Source: the human T2T-CHM13v2.0 reference genome, Homo sapiens. Taken from it: a stretch of 64,000 bases of DNA. Of this stretch, positions 50,587 through 64,000 are shown piece by piece; position 1 is the stretch's first letter, and each line of letters begins with the position of its first letter. Under the pieces are notes generated by a model, which did not search any database, was not told the origin of the DNA, and worked only from the letters and a program-made list of their open reading frames with translations. The stretch lies in the NCBI RefSeq assembly GCF_009914755.1, contig NC_060931.1. One strand, 5' to 3'. The translations under genes and the position numbers were made by a program.

Positions 50587-50911
50587 AGATGGGCACAGTG
50601 GCTCATGACTGTAATCCCAAAATTTTGGGAGGCTGAGGGGGGCAGATCACTTGAGCCCAGGAGTTTGTGACCAGGCTGAGAAAAAAAGTGAGACCACAGT
50701 TTTACCAAAAAATAAAATAAAATTAGATGGGTGTGGTGGCATAGGTCTGTGGACCCATCTCCATGTGAGGCTGAGACTTAGGATCCCATGACCCTAGAAA
50801 GTGGAGACTGTAGGGAGCCAACATCCCGCCACTGCACTCCAGCCTAGGTGATAGACCAAGACCTTGTCTCAAAAAAAAATAAAATAAAATAAAAAAAGAG
50901 AGAGAGAGAGA
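50587..50911 (+). mobile_element. AluJ with A-rich then (GA)n tail
   Basis: J-type cttgagcccaggagtttg; diverged dimer. Confidence 0.9.
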
Positions 50912-52682
50912 CATGAAAAGAATTCAATAAGGGTTTATTGCCTTATTGGAGTGAATTTCAGGATGGAATGAAAGGAGCTAAAGGGAAGGGAAATTTGGAA
51001 AATAGAGACTAATGAAATAATGAAGTCCCAATAACAAAGGGCAAAGTAATATAGTTATATAGATCACGTAAGACAAGGTAGTCTCAAACACAGGAAGTGG
51101 TCACACTTCTCCTGTAATAGAATGGAAGGATAAACAATGGATCAAAAGTCATCTATACTTGTAGTTTTCATAAAAATAACTTTTGAGAGTTTCACCCTAC
51201 TGTTTTCTCTGTGATGTAGGAAGTGTCATCTGCTAAGAACAAACAAGTGAAAAAAATGAAACAATTCTATCTAATGAACTGGAGCATTGGTAAATCAAGG
51301 ACACTGATGATGTTGGAGTTGGAAATTTAAGTGATACGGGTGTTGAATTTTTCATTTAGCACTTCAGGCTCTAGGTGTAAGTGAAGAGAAGGGTGAGTTC
51401 TGGATTAACTCAAGCTTGGTCCTGTACCAAGAATACGTGATGACAAAATAAGGTAAAAAGTTGAATAAACTGGCAGGAGTTTCTTGGGCTCAGGGTAGGG
51501 GAGACTCTACTTTAGATAAGTGGAAGTAAATGTAGTGACATAAAGGGAGAAAATAGCAGTGGTCTGAAGACTAGAGTTCCAAGATATTGATGAATGTTGA
51601 AGAATAGGTGTAGAAAGAGTAACAAAGTGAGTGAAATGGAAGAATACTATGTGTTCTAAAAATGAGATGTTTGAATCTGTGTATTAGAAGATAAGTATTT
51701 GCAGGTAATTTCAAGGTCTACAGTGTTGTCATAGGTATTGGTGGCCAAATGAGTATGTGAGTATAATCACTGAAGATAAAAATGTAAAGTCACCAAAAGG
51801 CAATAGTGACCAATAGGACATTATCAGGTAGATTTTTGTATTTATGTATCCATGATAATGGACTGAATTTCATCTAAGTGCCAAATCATCAAGAAACTTG
51901 AAAGATTAACAGGGTCCCTCAGTTAAACAGTCATGAGAAAAACTAGTTTGCTCAGATTGAGTTTAAGATGGATTAGAAAGCAAAATAAGCAGGATATTTG
52001 TACAAGTTTAGAGGAAGCGTAAAAGCTCAAAGTAGCCCTGATATCAGAAATGTGTAAGACGGAAAATAAGAGTATAATCCGAATATGATATGCCAATTGA
52101 AGTATAAGATATTGGAGCTGAAAAGAAATTTTTATATCATTTTAATGCCTTCCTTAAAGCTAGTGAACAAATGATTAAACCATTTGTATATGTATTTTTG
52201 CCTGCATACATTTGAGGGGTAAAATGTTACTAGCTCACAATGACATCATAGTGTGTTATTTCTCATAAAAATGTACGGGGCATCTTTTAAACGATGAAAC
52301 ATATGTTAGCACAGCTGCCTCTAAGATTAAACAAAATACAATATATCATTTTATACCTGTGAATGCAGACAAATATAAAAAATGATGATGATTAAGATGT
52401 ATTATGCCTATTTTCTTTGAAAAGTAAAATGCCTTAATATGAAGTTGGAGTGGAATATTAAAAGAAACTTAAATTTTAAAGCATCCAACAATATTCACCT
52501 CCAAAACAGTATCCTGTTAAAATATTAGTTCAAATTATCTTTAAAGTGTTTAATTAAACAGAAAGGGAATATACATACCTGTGTAACTCTTAAGGTGTTA
52601 GTATTTTCTTTCGCTTACTTAAACATATACTTTGTGAAAAATGACCAATAGGAAAAAAGAACAAAACAATAATTAATTTTAT

Positions 52683-52684
<2 letters not shown>

Positions 52685-52719
<35 letters not shown>
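52685..52719. repeat. Perfect (TG)17 microsatellite
   Basis: Seen directly. Confidence 0.95.
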
Positions 52720-52721
<2 letters not shown>

Positions 52722-53329
52722 CTTAAAGTCTCACTTGGATTGAAGTTTAAAGCTTAGGCTTGAAAAGTAACTTTTCATCAAGGTTATAAGATACATTAAC
52801 ATGTAGTGAAAATTACCAAAAGGCATTTTGTTATACACTGCCTATTTTTCCCACGGAAAAAAAATACAAAGACCTTGTGTGGATTCCAAAAGACATGAAT
52901 TTTCTTACCAGAGAAATTTAATGCAATGAGATGATATTATTTCAACTTAAATGCAAATAATAACCACAGAGAAAGCCACAGGATTTTTTAGTGTTGATAT
53001 ATACACTTTAATTCAGAATGTCAAAGAACATCAACAATATTTTCATATAATTTAGGTAGACAGTTAAATATAATAATTTTGGATCAAAAATATATTAAAA
53101 ATAAAAATTAAAATATAAACTGTAGAAAAAGATATACACAGAGATACAAAAGAAAATAAACGTGAAAAAGAACAAAAGGAGAGGAGAAAGGAAAAACAAA
53201 ATTACATGAACCATCCAATTGGTAATTTGGTTATTAAGAAGCCAGAAATTGCTTTGTGAGGGCATACAAATTGTGACACCTGATACTCCTGCAGGCAAAG
53301 AGGGTTGGGAGATTGCCATCATGTATTGA

Positions 53330-55385
53330 AAACTATTCCTTTCTCCCCAAGGAATTACAGTGGCACCTTTGTCATAAATTAAATAATCTAATATATGTCA
53401 ATGTATTTCTGGACTACTCTTCTGTTCCATAACCTATCTGTTCCAACAAATACAAAGATTTGTCCATGCTTGTACCAATAACAGACAATTAGTTACTGTT
53501 ACTATAGAATAGGTATTCAAATTTGGTAAGATCCTCCAAAGTTATTATTCTTAAGAAAATTTTGACTATGACTTGTCTTTGCAGTTCCATATATAGTTTT
53601 GATTTAGCATGTTAATTTACACACACATGAACACATACATACAAATGCACGAAAACTTCTGAGAGTTTCATCGGGATTGCCTGGAATCTATGGATCACTT
53701 TGGAAGATTTTACATTAAAATATTGAGTTTTCTGGTACATTAAAATGTCAGCAATGTTTTGTAGTTCTGAATGTCTTGTCAACCTTTCATTAGATTAATT
53801 CCTAGAATTTCAGGATCTCAGAGCTGATAACCTTTCAAAAACTACTCCTCTCTTCTAGTTATATGTATATATATGCATATATATGTATCCTTTTGGATTT
53901 TCTATGTATCCAACCATGTAACCTTTAAATGGAGTAGGTGTTACTTCATTTTTTCCTATATTCACACTCTGTGTGATGATAGATTTATATATCTATTTAT
54001 TATATATCATATATAACATTATTCATTATTAAATATTGTGATTTAATTGAGGTTATATCATGTATTTAGGTCAATTCATCTAAAATTTCAAATAATCTCA
54101 AAGTTGTTTATAATATCTATTTAATACTCTTTTTTTGTCTGTAAGGTCTGTTGTAAAGTCTATTTTTTTCATTCTTAATGTTGGTACTCCGTTTCTTTTT
54201 TATTTTTCTCAATAAATTTTGCTAATAATTCATCAATTTTACAAACAGTAAAAATGTAATCCCTTTCATGGAACCTACTTTTGATTTTGATTTCCTCTAC
54301 CGTATGTTTGTTTTATTTTAAATCTGTCATAAATGTATGTTTATATATTTACTTCTGTTTTATAACCAAGTTTAAAATCCCATCATGATTAAGTATCTTT
54401 TTTTACACATTGTTATATTTGATTTGCTAAAGTTTTGCCAAGAATTTTTGCATACCTGTGCATGAGAAGTATTGCTCTCTGTTTATCTTTTCTGATGACT
54501 TCTTACTGGTGTTGGTATCAACATGAGGCTATTCTTACAAAATGAGTTGGGAAATGTTCTCTTCTCGTCTATTTTCTTAAAGAGCATATGTAGGTTTGAT
54601 ATTAATAGTTTTTAAATAATATGATTCAAAAGAAGCATCTCATCTTTGAGTCTCTTTTTAAAAATATTTTAATTCTGATTTTTCTTTTTTACTGATATTG
54701 CACTGTTCAGATTTTCTGTTTCTTCTTGTGCCAGTTGTGGTGACTTACGCCTTTCAAGAATGTGTCCATTTCATCTGATACCAGTTTGTCAAGGGCTGCC
54801 GTAACCATGTATCCCAAGTTGAATAGTTTAGATAACGGAAATGTATTGCCTTACAGTTCTGGGGCCTACAAGTCTAAAATCAAGATGCTGGCAGTGATGG
54901 TTCCTTCTGAGGGTTGTATGAAAATGATCTTTTCCAAGGCTCTCTCTTTGGTTTATAGATGACCACAGCTTGTACTTGAACTTCTCCCTGCATCTTTCCA
55001 TCATCCTTCCTTCATATGTGTCTCCCTTCACATGAGCTTCCTTTTACAAGGACACAAGTCATATTGGAATAAGGACCCACCATATTCCAGAAGAGCTTCA
55101 TGTTAAGTAATTATATATACAATGACCCTATTTTCAAATAAGTTGACATTTTCAGGTACCAAATGTTAGGACATCGACATGAAGTTTGGCAGACACAATT
55201 TAACCCATGGCATCATCCAAACTTTTATTTATTGATATAAAAGTATTCATAATATTATCTTATTATACTAATGTCTGCAGGATCTGTAGAGATGCCCCCT
55301 CTTTTGTCTCTGAAATGTGTAATTTGTGTCTTTTTCCTCTCTTCCTCTTTTTCCCCCTTCCTCAGTTTAGCTAGATTTTGAAATT
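53330..55385 (-). mobile_element. Fragmented old L1M(E) ORF2 pieces, interrupted by MLT1
   Basis: tatttctggactactc, tttgatttgctaaagttttg and aaatgagttgggaaatgttc motifs. Confidence 0.65.
54776..55212 (-). mobile_element. MLT1 (B/C-like) LTR
   Basis: MLT1 motifs; perfect 5-bp TSD TCATC (54771-54775 and 55213-55217). Confidence 0.88.
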
Positions 55386-55661
55386 TGAGTTTTGTTTATT
55401 CATAGCCACTCTTAAAATCACTTAAAAACCTCTTTGTTAATTTCCACATGGCAGAATATATTTTTTAAGAATGAGAAAATAAATGTTTATAAATGAATCA
55501 ATTTCTTTGTTACTCAAATATTTTTGCTGAGAGAATTGTGCTGAGCATATCCTCTTCCAAGGGCTGATGAAAGTTCCCTTAAGCAATTTAAATAATTTGT
55601 TTGTTTAATCTAAAGACATTAACAATGCCTTAAAAGTAAAAAAAAATAAATAAATAAACCG

Positions 55662-56122
55662 TCTGTTTCAATCAGTTTGGACTGGTATAACAAAGGTACC
55701 ATAATCTGGGTGGCTTATAAACAAGATACATTTATTCCTGGAAGTACTGGAGGCTGGAAGTCTGAGATGAGTTGCCAGTATGGTCAGGTTCTGGTAAGTG
55801 TCTTCCTCTGGGTTACAGACAGCTATCTTCCTGAATCTTCACATGGCAGAAAGAGGGCAAGCTAGAGCTCTGGCTTGCTTTTTGTTTGTTTTTATTTTTA
55901 TTTTTTTTTTACAGATAGAGTCTCCCAGTGTTGGCTAGGCTGGTCTCAAACTCCTGGACTCAAGTGATCTTCCTCCCTCCTTTTTAAAGAGAAAGTAATC
56001 CCATCCATAAGGACTCCACCCTCATTACCTAATTACCTCTCAAAGGCCTCACCTCCAAATACCATCTATTGGGATTAGATTTCAACATATGAAATGTATG
56101 AAGACATAAATTTCAGTCCACA
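55662..56122 (-). mobile_element. MLT1A/MSTD-like LTR containing a truncated Alu monomer (about 55879-55980, -)
   Basis: ctgggtggcttataaac...ggaggctggaagtctgagat...cacctccaaataccatc; internal ggctggtctcaaactcctggactcaagtgatc. Confidence 0.8.
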
Positions 56123-56739
56123 AAAATCTCAGGTGCAAATATAATTTCTATGTGCAATGACTGAATGTGTGGTTAAATAGAATATTTTAAAAATATAAAT
56201 TTTTAACGAAGATATTTTAAATAGTTTACTCATCATATAGTAGCCTGATTTCAAAGGGACTTTTCTCTCAAACTCATATTGTATGAGTACACATAAGATG
56301 CTCCTGATGTGGGCCTTCTTGGATACGTGTTTGAGTCTATCATATTCCTCAGGCTTGTAATTCACACCATTTACAGTTATACAATTTAGAAATCACTTAG
56401 ATTTTCAGTTTCTTTTGATATTCTGAGTTTAAGTGCACTAAAATGAAAACTGACAAAAATTTCATGAAGGCTTGTCAAAAGTGTTTTACTTGATTTCAAT
56501 CAAGTTAATATTTTCTATTTATAAATGAATTAGTGTAAATACACACTGAATTAGATTAAATTTAGAAATACGCTACTGAATCTAAGTACAGAAAGTTAGA
56601 CTACATTTCTAAAAATACTAAAGTTAACTGGTTATTAACCATAATTTATTCTCAGTTTTATAGCTTTTAGATATTCATTTATATACAACAAAATAATGAG
56701 ACATTTTAAAACTAATGAAATTGTGTTAATATTTTCTGA

Positions 56740-57740
56740 GCTTTATCATGATTAGATGTGGGTTACAGGATTTGAGGGAGGTTCACATAGGTAAGCTGCT
56801 ATTTTCACCACATTCTAATAAGGATGCATACTACTGTCTGTGTCATTGGGGACTATGAATGTTGAGCTAGCTCACATGGCTGAAGTGATTTTTGTCAAGT
56901 TTCTCCAGAGTGATGTTGCACATTTTTTTCTCCCTTTTGCAAACTGTACTTTTAGGAAGAAGTCACAATACACAGCCCACATTCAAAATGTGAGGAAATA
57001 TGCTTTCTCTATTTTAAAATAAAAGATCTACACAATTTCTTGGAAACTCTTCTGTATGAGAGATTTATCTCTGCTCCCTTAATTTATTAAAATTAATGTG
57101 GACTCATAAGTATTTCCTTAAAATTTTGTATTATAATTATATCATGCCAAATAGATAATCATGTCATCTTTGAACATGGTTTTATTTCTTCCTTGCTAAT
57201 CCGTATTCCTTTATTTCCTTACTATACTAGGTAGAAGTTCCAGTAGAATGTTAAAAAGAAACAGTGGGAGGAAATATTATTGCCTTATTCACAGTCTTAA
57301 GGAAAGCAACCAATTTCTAACTATTAAGTATAAAAGTCTGCAGGATTTTTTACAGATTTCCTTAGTTATGTCAAGAATCTTTCCTTCTATTCCTAATTTT
57401 GCTGAGTTTTTATCATGAAGGGCTAATGGATGTTGTTAAATTTTTTGTTTCCATCAATTAAGATGATCATATGATTTTTCTTCTTTAGCCTATTGATGTG
57501 ACAGACTAATTGGTTTTTGAATGTTGAAACAGACTTGCATACTTGGGAATAATTCTCCTAGGTCTTGGTATATAATTCTTTTAATATATAGTTCGCTTAA
57601 ATTTGCTAATATTTTATTGAAGATTTTTGTATATATGTTTATGAAAGATAATGGTTTCTAATTTTTCTTTCAGTGTTTTTATCTAATATTTATATTAGGG
57701 TAATGGTGACATAATAGAATTAGTTAGGAAGTATTCTAAA
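56740..57740 (-). mobile_element. Old L1MC-like 3'UTR and ORF2 fragments
   Basis: cacatggctgaagtgatttttgtcaagtttctcca; ccttctattcctaatttt; atttgctaatattttattgaagattttt. Confidence 0.65.
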
Positions 57741-57779
57741 ATTACTATATTTGTAATGGTTTTGTATTCATTTCTACAT

Positions 57780-60390
57780 TTTTTCCTTTTTGTACCTTCT
57801 CATATTCTTCATTATATATTTAAATTGAATATTTTATGATTCCATTTTCTCTCCACTCTTAGTATATCAATTATATTTTTTACATATTTTAGTTGTTAAT
57901 TTAAAGTTTACTATATACACTTAAAACGAATCTATGTCCACTGTCAAACAACACTGTACTGCTTCCTAGGTAGGACAGGGACTTTATGAGAGAATATTCT
58001 CAATTCCTGCCTCTCACTACTTACAATGTTGTTTTTATTCCATAAGCTATAGTCACATAATACACTGTCGTGTACAACATTTCTTATAAGGCAGTTCTGC
58101 TGAAAATAAACTGTTTGTTTTTGTTTGCCAGGGAAAGTCTGTATTAGTCTGCTTTGGCTGCCATACAAAATATCATTGACTGAGTGGCTTAATAATAGGA
58201 ATCAACTTCTCAAAGTTATGGAGGCTGGAAGTCAAATATCAAGGTGGTAGCAAAGTCACTGTCTGCTTGGAGTTCCCCTTTTGGTTTGCAGATGGCTCCC
58301 TTCTCACCGTGTCCTCACATGGCCTTTCCTAGTCCTGTTTAGGAGGAGGCAGAAAGACAGAAAGAAACAGGTTGAAGCTAAGCTTTCTGTTATCTCTTCT
58401 TATGAGAGCACTGATTTTCTAATGAAGTCCCTACCCTCATGAACTCATCTCAACCTAATTACATCCTAGTAGCCCCATGTCTAAATACCTTAACTTTGGG
58501 TGTTAGGGCTGCAACATATGAATTTGAGGGAGGGCAGGGTGGGCCCAATTCAGTCCAAAGCAAAATCTTTATTTCTTTTTTACTGTTGAAAGATAATTTC
58601 ACCAGATTCAGTATTCCAGTTTCATGGGGTTTTTCCTTCAATGCTTTAAATGTTTCACTCTATTATCTTCTTGCTTGCATGGTTTCTGACAAGAAATTCA
58701 CTATAATTTTTATTCTCATTTCTTTATAGGTAACATTTTCATACTCTGGTATTTTTCAAGGTTTGCTTTTTGACTTTGTTTTTCTACAGATTGAATATGC
58801 TATTTACATATTTAGATTTTTTTTCAAAATTATCCTGCTTCATTTTCTCAGTGCTTCCTGGACTTGTTGTTTGGTCTTTGTCATTAATTTTGAAAAAAAA
58901 CTCTTAACTGTTATTACATCGAATATTTTTTCTGCTTTATTTTCTCTTTCTCTTTGGTTTCAGATTATGCATATATTACACCTTTTGTAATTGTCCCACA
59001 CATCTTGGATGTTCTCTTTCATTTTTTTTTACAACTATACTTTTTCTTTGCATTTATGTTTGAGAAGTTTCCATTGTCATTTTCAAGCCTACTGATTCTT
59101 TCCTTAGGCACAATTCAATGTGTTATTCCATCAAAAGCAGATTTTCCTTTTTTTTTTTTTTTAGCATGTTAAGATTCTTTCTTAGAGTTGCACTCTTTCT
59201 GAAGGGTTGATCTATTCTTCCACGTTCATCAATTTTTCATTTGATTTCTTAGCATATTATACATAGATACTTTAAATTACCGCTGTGGTGATTCCAAAAT
59301 TTGTGTCATATCTGAGTCTGGTTCTGTTGGTTGCTCTAACACTCCAGAGGTGTTTTGTTGCTGGCATTTTCTGTTGTGTATGTGTGTGTTTGCCTTTTAG
59401 CATGCCTTGTAATTTTTGGTTCAAAGTCAGACATGATGTATCTGATAACAGAAACTAAGAAAAATGGGTCTTTGTTGTGAGAGATTATGGAGATCTTCCT
59501 AGAAGGTAACTTGTGATTATAGTTTTCTAGAGCTGTTGCTGCCTGAGACATTAATACTCTCAGGTGTTGTTTTTTGTTCCCCCTGTGGTCTTTAGGTTTT
59601 ACTAGAAACAAAACTTCCTGATGTATAGTCTGACACTTGCAATTCTTTCAGCTGTAATCCTCTGTTTTATACAGTAGCATTATTGGTATTGTGGTGAAAG
59701 GTGAGGAAAAAGAAAATGCTCTATAATCCTTTTATTAGGTCCAGATATTTTCAGTGGGTCTGTGTGTCTGAGCCGTTACCTTCATAAATGCTTTTTTGAT
59801 CTCCTTGTCTGAAACTCAGTTGATACAGGAAGTTGATCTGGGAAGGGTAGAGCGGCCTCAACTTAGGTACTTCCTTTTTCCCACAATAGTTAGGCTTGGG
59901 TATTTTCCCTTGAGGGCAGTTGGAGAACACAAAGTTCGGTGTGTATTTCAAAATTGCCATCTTTTCTCTCTCTGCATTGGAAGCATAATGGGATTTCTTC
60001 ACCAATCTTCAGCACAAAAATCTGGTGGGGTTCCTGGAGGTAAAATTTATGAAAATTTGGGGCTCCCTCTAACACTAAGTCTCCTGGAGTTTTTAACTCT
60101 CAAGCTAGAACACACTAAGCATTCAAATTGTATCAGAGTTTAAGTGTTTCTACCAGTAGTGGCTCCAGGAGTAGATTTCTGCTCCTGGGTTTCTATTTCG
60201 AGTAAGCTGTGATTCTCGGTATCTGCCTTTCTCTTCAGTTTTCAGGACAGTGGTTTATTATTTCTCTTCAATTTTCAGAAGAATCTAAGAAGAGTTGTTG
60301 GTTTTCAGTGTGTTCAGCTTTTTTCTTGTTATGAAAATAAAAACAGCAGATTCCAAGCTCTTTATATCTCAAAGTAGAAACTAGAATTCT
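57780..60390 (-). mobile_element. Old L1M (L1MC/MD-like) 5'UTR-ORF1, interrupted by MLT1A0
   Basis: Antisense ORF1 motifs; clearly related to 22700-24595 (gaatctaagaagagtt, caagctctt). Confidence 0.72.
58140..58562 (-). mobile_element. MLT1A0-like LTR
   Basis: tgtattagtctgctttggctgccatac...gcaacatatgaatttgaggg; TSD aagtc/aaatc. Confidence 0.87.
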
Positions 60391-61569
60391 CTAATATTTG
60401 TATTGAATTACTTATAAAATGCAAAGAAACCACCAAAAAGTTCTAGAATGCTTTATTTCTAAATGCAATCTAGTGACATTTCCCTCTTTATGTAACGTTT
60501 GTATTTCTAAATGTATGGTGATAACTGTACTCCCTGAAATTAGATTTCTGCAATTAGCACCTTAATTTGCCTTGCTTTGAAATGTGGATCTGGGAATTAG
60601 CACCTTCCAGATGCAGACTTTCTGGATTATATTAAAGATCAAAGACACAAACATACGGGAAAAAGTTAATGTGAGACAACTATGTGGGATACACTTTTTT
60701 ATTGTAGTTTTTCTTTAAAAATTTTGTTTCTAATGCCTTACTTTAGGAAAATAAAATTCACTGATATAAAGTATGGATTTAATAATGCTTTAATGATGAA
60801 AATAAATGATACTTGCAAATAAACAGAATAAAATGTTAAGATCAATTCAAAAAGATATTTTAGATGTCATGAAAACTGATATGACTTCATTTTAAGCCTA
60901 AATTCTCTTATTTTTCATTTCATATTTTCACTATCATCTTATCTTTACATGTTATTTATCAAGAATAGAATTACAAATAGAGATAAAGCATATGGTTTTC
61001 TTGAAATCCTTAGTTTGTTAGAGCATCAGTCTATTCATCTTTATCACTACCTGTTTATCTTTAAAAAAATCTGTTTCTTTATCTGTTGGTAATTGCTAAT
61101 AAACCTTATTAATATACAAAAAGTATTTTGAGGAATTATCCAAATTGTTATATGTTAAAACAAGTTTATAAAGTTGCATACTATAAGGAATCCCAAGGGT
61201 TTCAGGTAGAATGGAATTATTTTATTTCTGTTATTAATATAATAATTAAGTCTTAAACAGATGAGTACATAGGTGCTTCCAGTTTTCAAACCCCATAGAA
61301 TTGATCATTTAAGATCTATGCATTTTATTTTATTAGACCTAAATTTTAAAAAATGGCAAAATGCAAAAGTGATGGCATTTACAAGTTTATTTTAGTTATA
61401 ATTTACACTATTCGTTTGAATATATATTTGTATTGGTACTTTTTTCAGGATATATAGAAGCCTAATCATATGTAAAGACTGACAAATAATCTTGGGAATA
61501 TATACAACTTTTGTTACTTTAGGCTGCTTTTATCTATCAATGTTAATGGGCTATATTTTTGTTTTTCAG

Positions 61570-61669
61570 ATAATAAAGGCTACTATAAGCTTTATAGATT
61601 CAACATGCTTACTCTCAGCATCACCCAGGATGATCTTGTACAGTACAAATCAGAAAATGGGATATTAAG
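61570..61669 (+). other. Candidate internal exon (100 nt) of an unidentified long transcript
   Basis: Acceptor tatttttgtttttcag|A and donor AAG|gtaaga, both near consensus, in non-repetitive DNA; one frame open throughout. Confidence 0.45.
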
Positions 61670-62303
61670 GTAAGAATTTCTCAAAATTTGGATAGAACCA
61701 GATTGAAATGGCTTATTTGATCTATGAGCTTATAGATTATATTGTATGTGCATAAAATCTATTGCCCAGAGAAGAAACAAAATATATGAAATACAATTGG
61801 GCAGGCTTACGAGGCTTATTTTGTTCCTATTAGTCACCTAAGAACAGAGCATTTAAGAACAATATATTTTGCCATAGTATTGCCACTTTTAACAAAGTAT
61901 ATCAAAGGATTCTTTTCATAGTCATGGAAAACTCTAAATCTAAATTTCACTAAAAAGTTAAAAAGTCCCACACCAGATTCTACTTACTTACACAACTATA
62001 AATTACAAGATCTTCCATCTAAGTCCATACTTTATATTATATGACAGCCACTTTTGATATGCAATACCTTCTTAAATTTCTTCCTCTGTGTTGCTTGGGT
62101 AGCCACACAGCAACAAATTTCAGCATGTTTTTTTGGTTCATGTATTGCTTCCAGGTATTTTAGTTGATGCTTTCACAAATACAGTTATGCCTCAGTGACT
62201 TGCCAAGCAATACTACAATGCACAATAGTACACTAGTTTCAGTGTTAAAAGGCAAAGCTGTTACAATGGTAAGTTTTCATGGCAAGAAAAAATTCTAACC
62301 ACC

Positions 62304-63160
62304 TGTGCAAGAAAGGGTTAATTCACCAGGCGGATTTTACTGTTATCTCTGTTATATAAATGCTATATTAAATGTAGACGCTCAGAAACATATGATCATT
62401 TTGCTGGAAAACAGCCAAGGACAAGAGCCAGAAGGATAGGCTGTGCAGGAAAGGGCAGACCTGGGTTTCTCCAATACTGCAAATTCCTAAGAAAAGCTTG
62501 TATTTCGCACTGATCCTTAAGATGGCTGAGCCTGTAGAATATTCTGCCTGTTAAGAGTGTTTTCATATTTCTGAAGACTTAGGCTGTGCTATACTATTTT
62601 GACCAGAGAGTTTATGCTAAATATACAATTAATGGTGAATATATTTTCTAAACCTGATCATACAGTGACCAGTATAACAAAACAGTTTATGCTAACAAAT
62701 GTGATTTATGGCGAATGCCTGTTTTTACCCTAGATAAAGGTAAAGGGTTTTTTTTTTGTTTGTTTTTTGTTGTTTTTTTTTCTTCCCCTGGATAAAGGGG
62801 TTCTGGGGTCTGAGTAACTAAGGCCAGTCATGCAGACACTCCATGTTTATATGACTGACAGTAAAAGCCTGGACATCAAGACTTAGTGAAATTCCATGGT
62901 TGGCAACACTTTGTGTATGTTTTCACATAGCATTCCTGGGAGAATCAGGTCTTCCCTTGTATGCCTCCACTGAATGGGGATACCTAGAAGTTTGTGCTGC
63001 TTTGACCCGAACTTCTCTCCATATGCCTTTTTTTCTTTGCTTATTCTAATTTGTATCTTTGTGGTGTCATAAATGATAACCTTAAGTGTAACAGTATCTG
63101 AGTCCTGTGAATCCTTCTAGCTCATAGAATCTAAAGCAGTCTTAAGGGCCTCTGACACAA
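62304..63160 (+). mobile_element. ERVL LTR (MER68/MER77/MER21 group)
   Basis: Start tgtgcaagaaagggttaa; end tctgagtcctgtgaatccttctag...cctctgacaca. Confidence 0.72.
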
Positions 63161-63323
63161 CACTGTTTCCCATGAGATAAATAAGAATTTAGAAGACATA
63201 TATTCAACAGCTTAAAGGCATAGTAATTTTGCTAGAAACTTTTATCTGTTACAGAAAGCTATACAATGGCAACTAAAGAGGTTATCCAGGCAATTGCAAT
63301 TAAAAAAAAGTCTCGATAGAGGC

Positions 63324-63330
63324 TTTCTTT

Positions 63331-63386
<56 letters not shown>

Positions 63387-63401
63387 TGTCTTTCTTTTTT
63401 T
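63324..63401. repeat. (TTTC)n tetranucleotide microsatellite
   Basis: Seen directly. Confidence 0.96.
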
Positions 63402-64000
63402 AACCATACTTTCTAAAACCTGATTTGTTTATTAGGTCTCACCACTTAGATAAGGAGATATTTTTTAGTTCATAGCATGGAGGATTTTTCTATGAATTCC
63501 TGAGGAAAGTTGTTACTCATTAAAATGAAGATCTGTATCCATTTTCAAAACATGAAAATATTGCTAAATGTTAACTATGCTATTTTGTTCATCATAGATC
63601 TGGAAATGCTATCTCCAGAATGCTATTGAATTTACATAGTATTTATATATGCGATAGCAAAAATACTAAAGAAATTTCTTGTGCTAGTCTAGAATCTAGT
63701 TTCACTCAGTTTTGAGAATATATCTAATCCAAACATAAAATTTGTATTTTTACACTACCTTTAATGAAAAAGCATTGAGATCCTTCTTCATTAGCTTGAA
63801 TCTCCTGTACCTTGAATATTGTGTTATGTTTATAACAGCACTGTGTTTGTAGGGATAACCATTTGTAATTCTAACTTAATCTGTATTGAAAAGTCATTAA
63901 GAAGTATAAAGCTCTTCATATTTGGCACAATAAATGTAGCCATGAGGATGAAGACATGAAAAAGTGATTTATTTATTTGTGAAATACAGGCTTATCCATA

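Noticed and set aside
61570-61669. YKSENG resemblance to a DPP10-like peptide
   Set aside because: Only a six-residue match; the flanking residues disagree, so no gene symbol is assigned.

Overview
This is AT-rich, CpG-depleted primate genomic DNA (human or another great ape, judged from AluS/AluJ and L1PA3-to-L1HS-like elements) that reads as deep intron or gene desert. It is dominated by interspersed repeats: young and old LINE-1, about 9 Alus or Alu fragments, MaLR/ERV LTRs (THE1, MST, MLT1, MLT2, LTR40, MER39, MER68/77-like), L2/MIR remnants and microsatellites. I see no intact protein-coding gene, RNA gene or CpG island. The long ORFs are LINE-1 ORF2 remnants and the rest are Alu-derived or spurious. 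Two isolated + strand candidate internal exons (61570-61669 and, weaker, 31179-31262) hint at a long spliced transcript. The most informative structure is a young L1 at 10022-11597 with a twin-priming inversion, a perfect target-site duplication and a 12-nt unique tag between two poly(A) tracts (a probable micro 3' transduction that could identify its source element). There are also several small non-TE duplications, notably a 48-24-24-48 nested repeat at 45508-45651. I cannot support a novel biological system here. Subfamily names come from my recall of consensus sequences, not from a RepeatMasker run, and boundaries of old elements are approximate.
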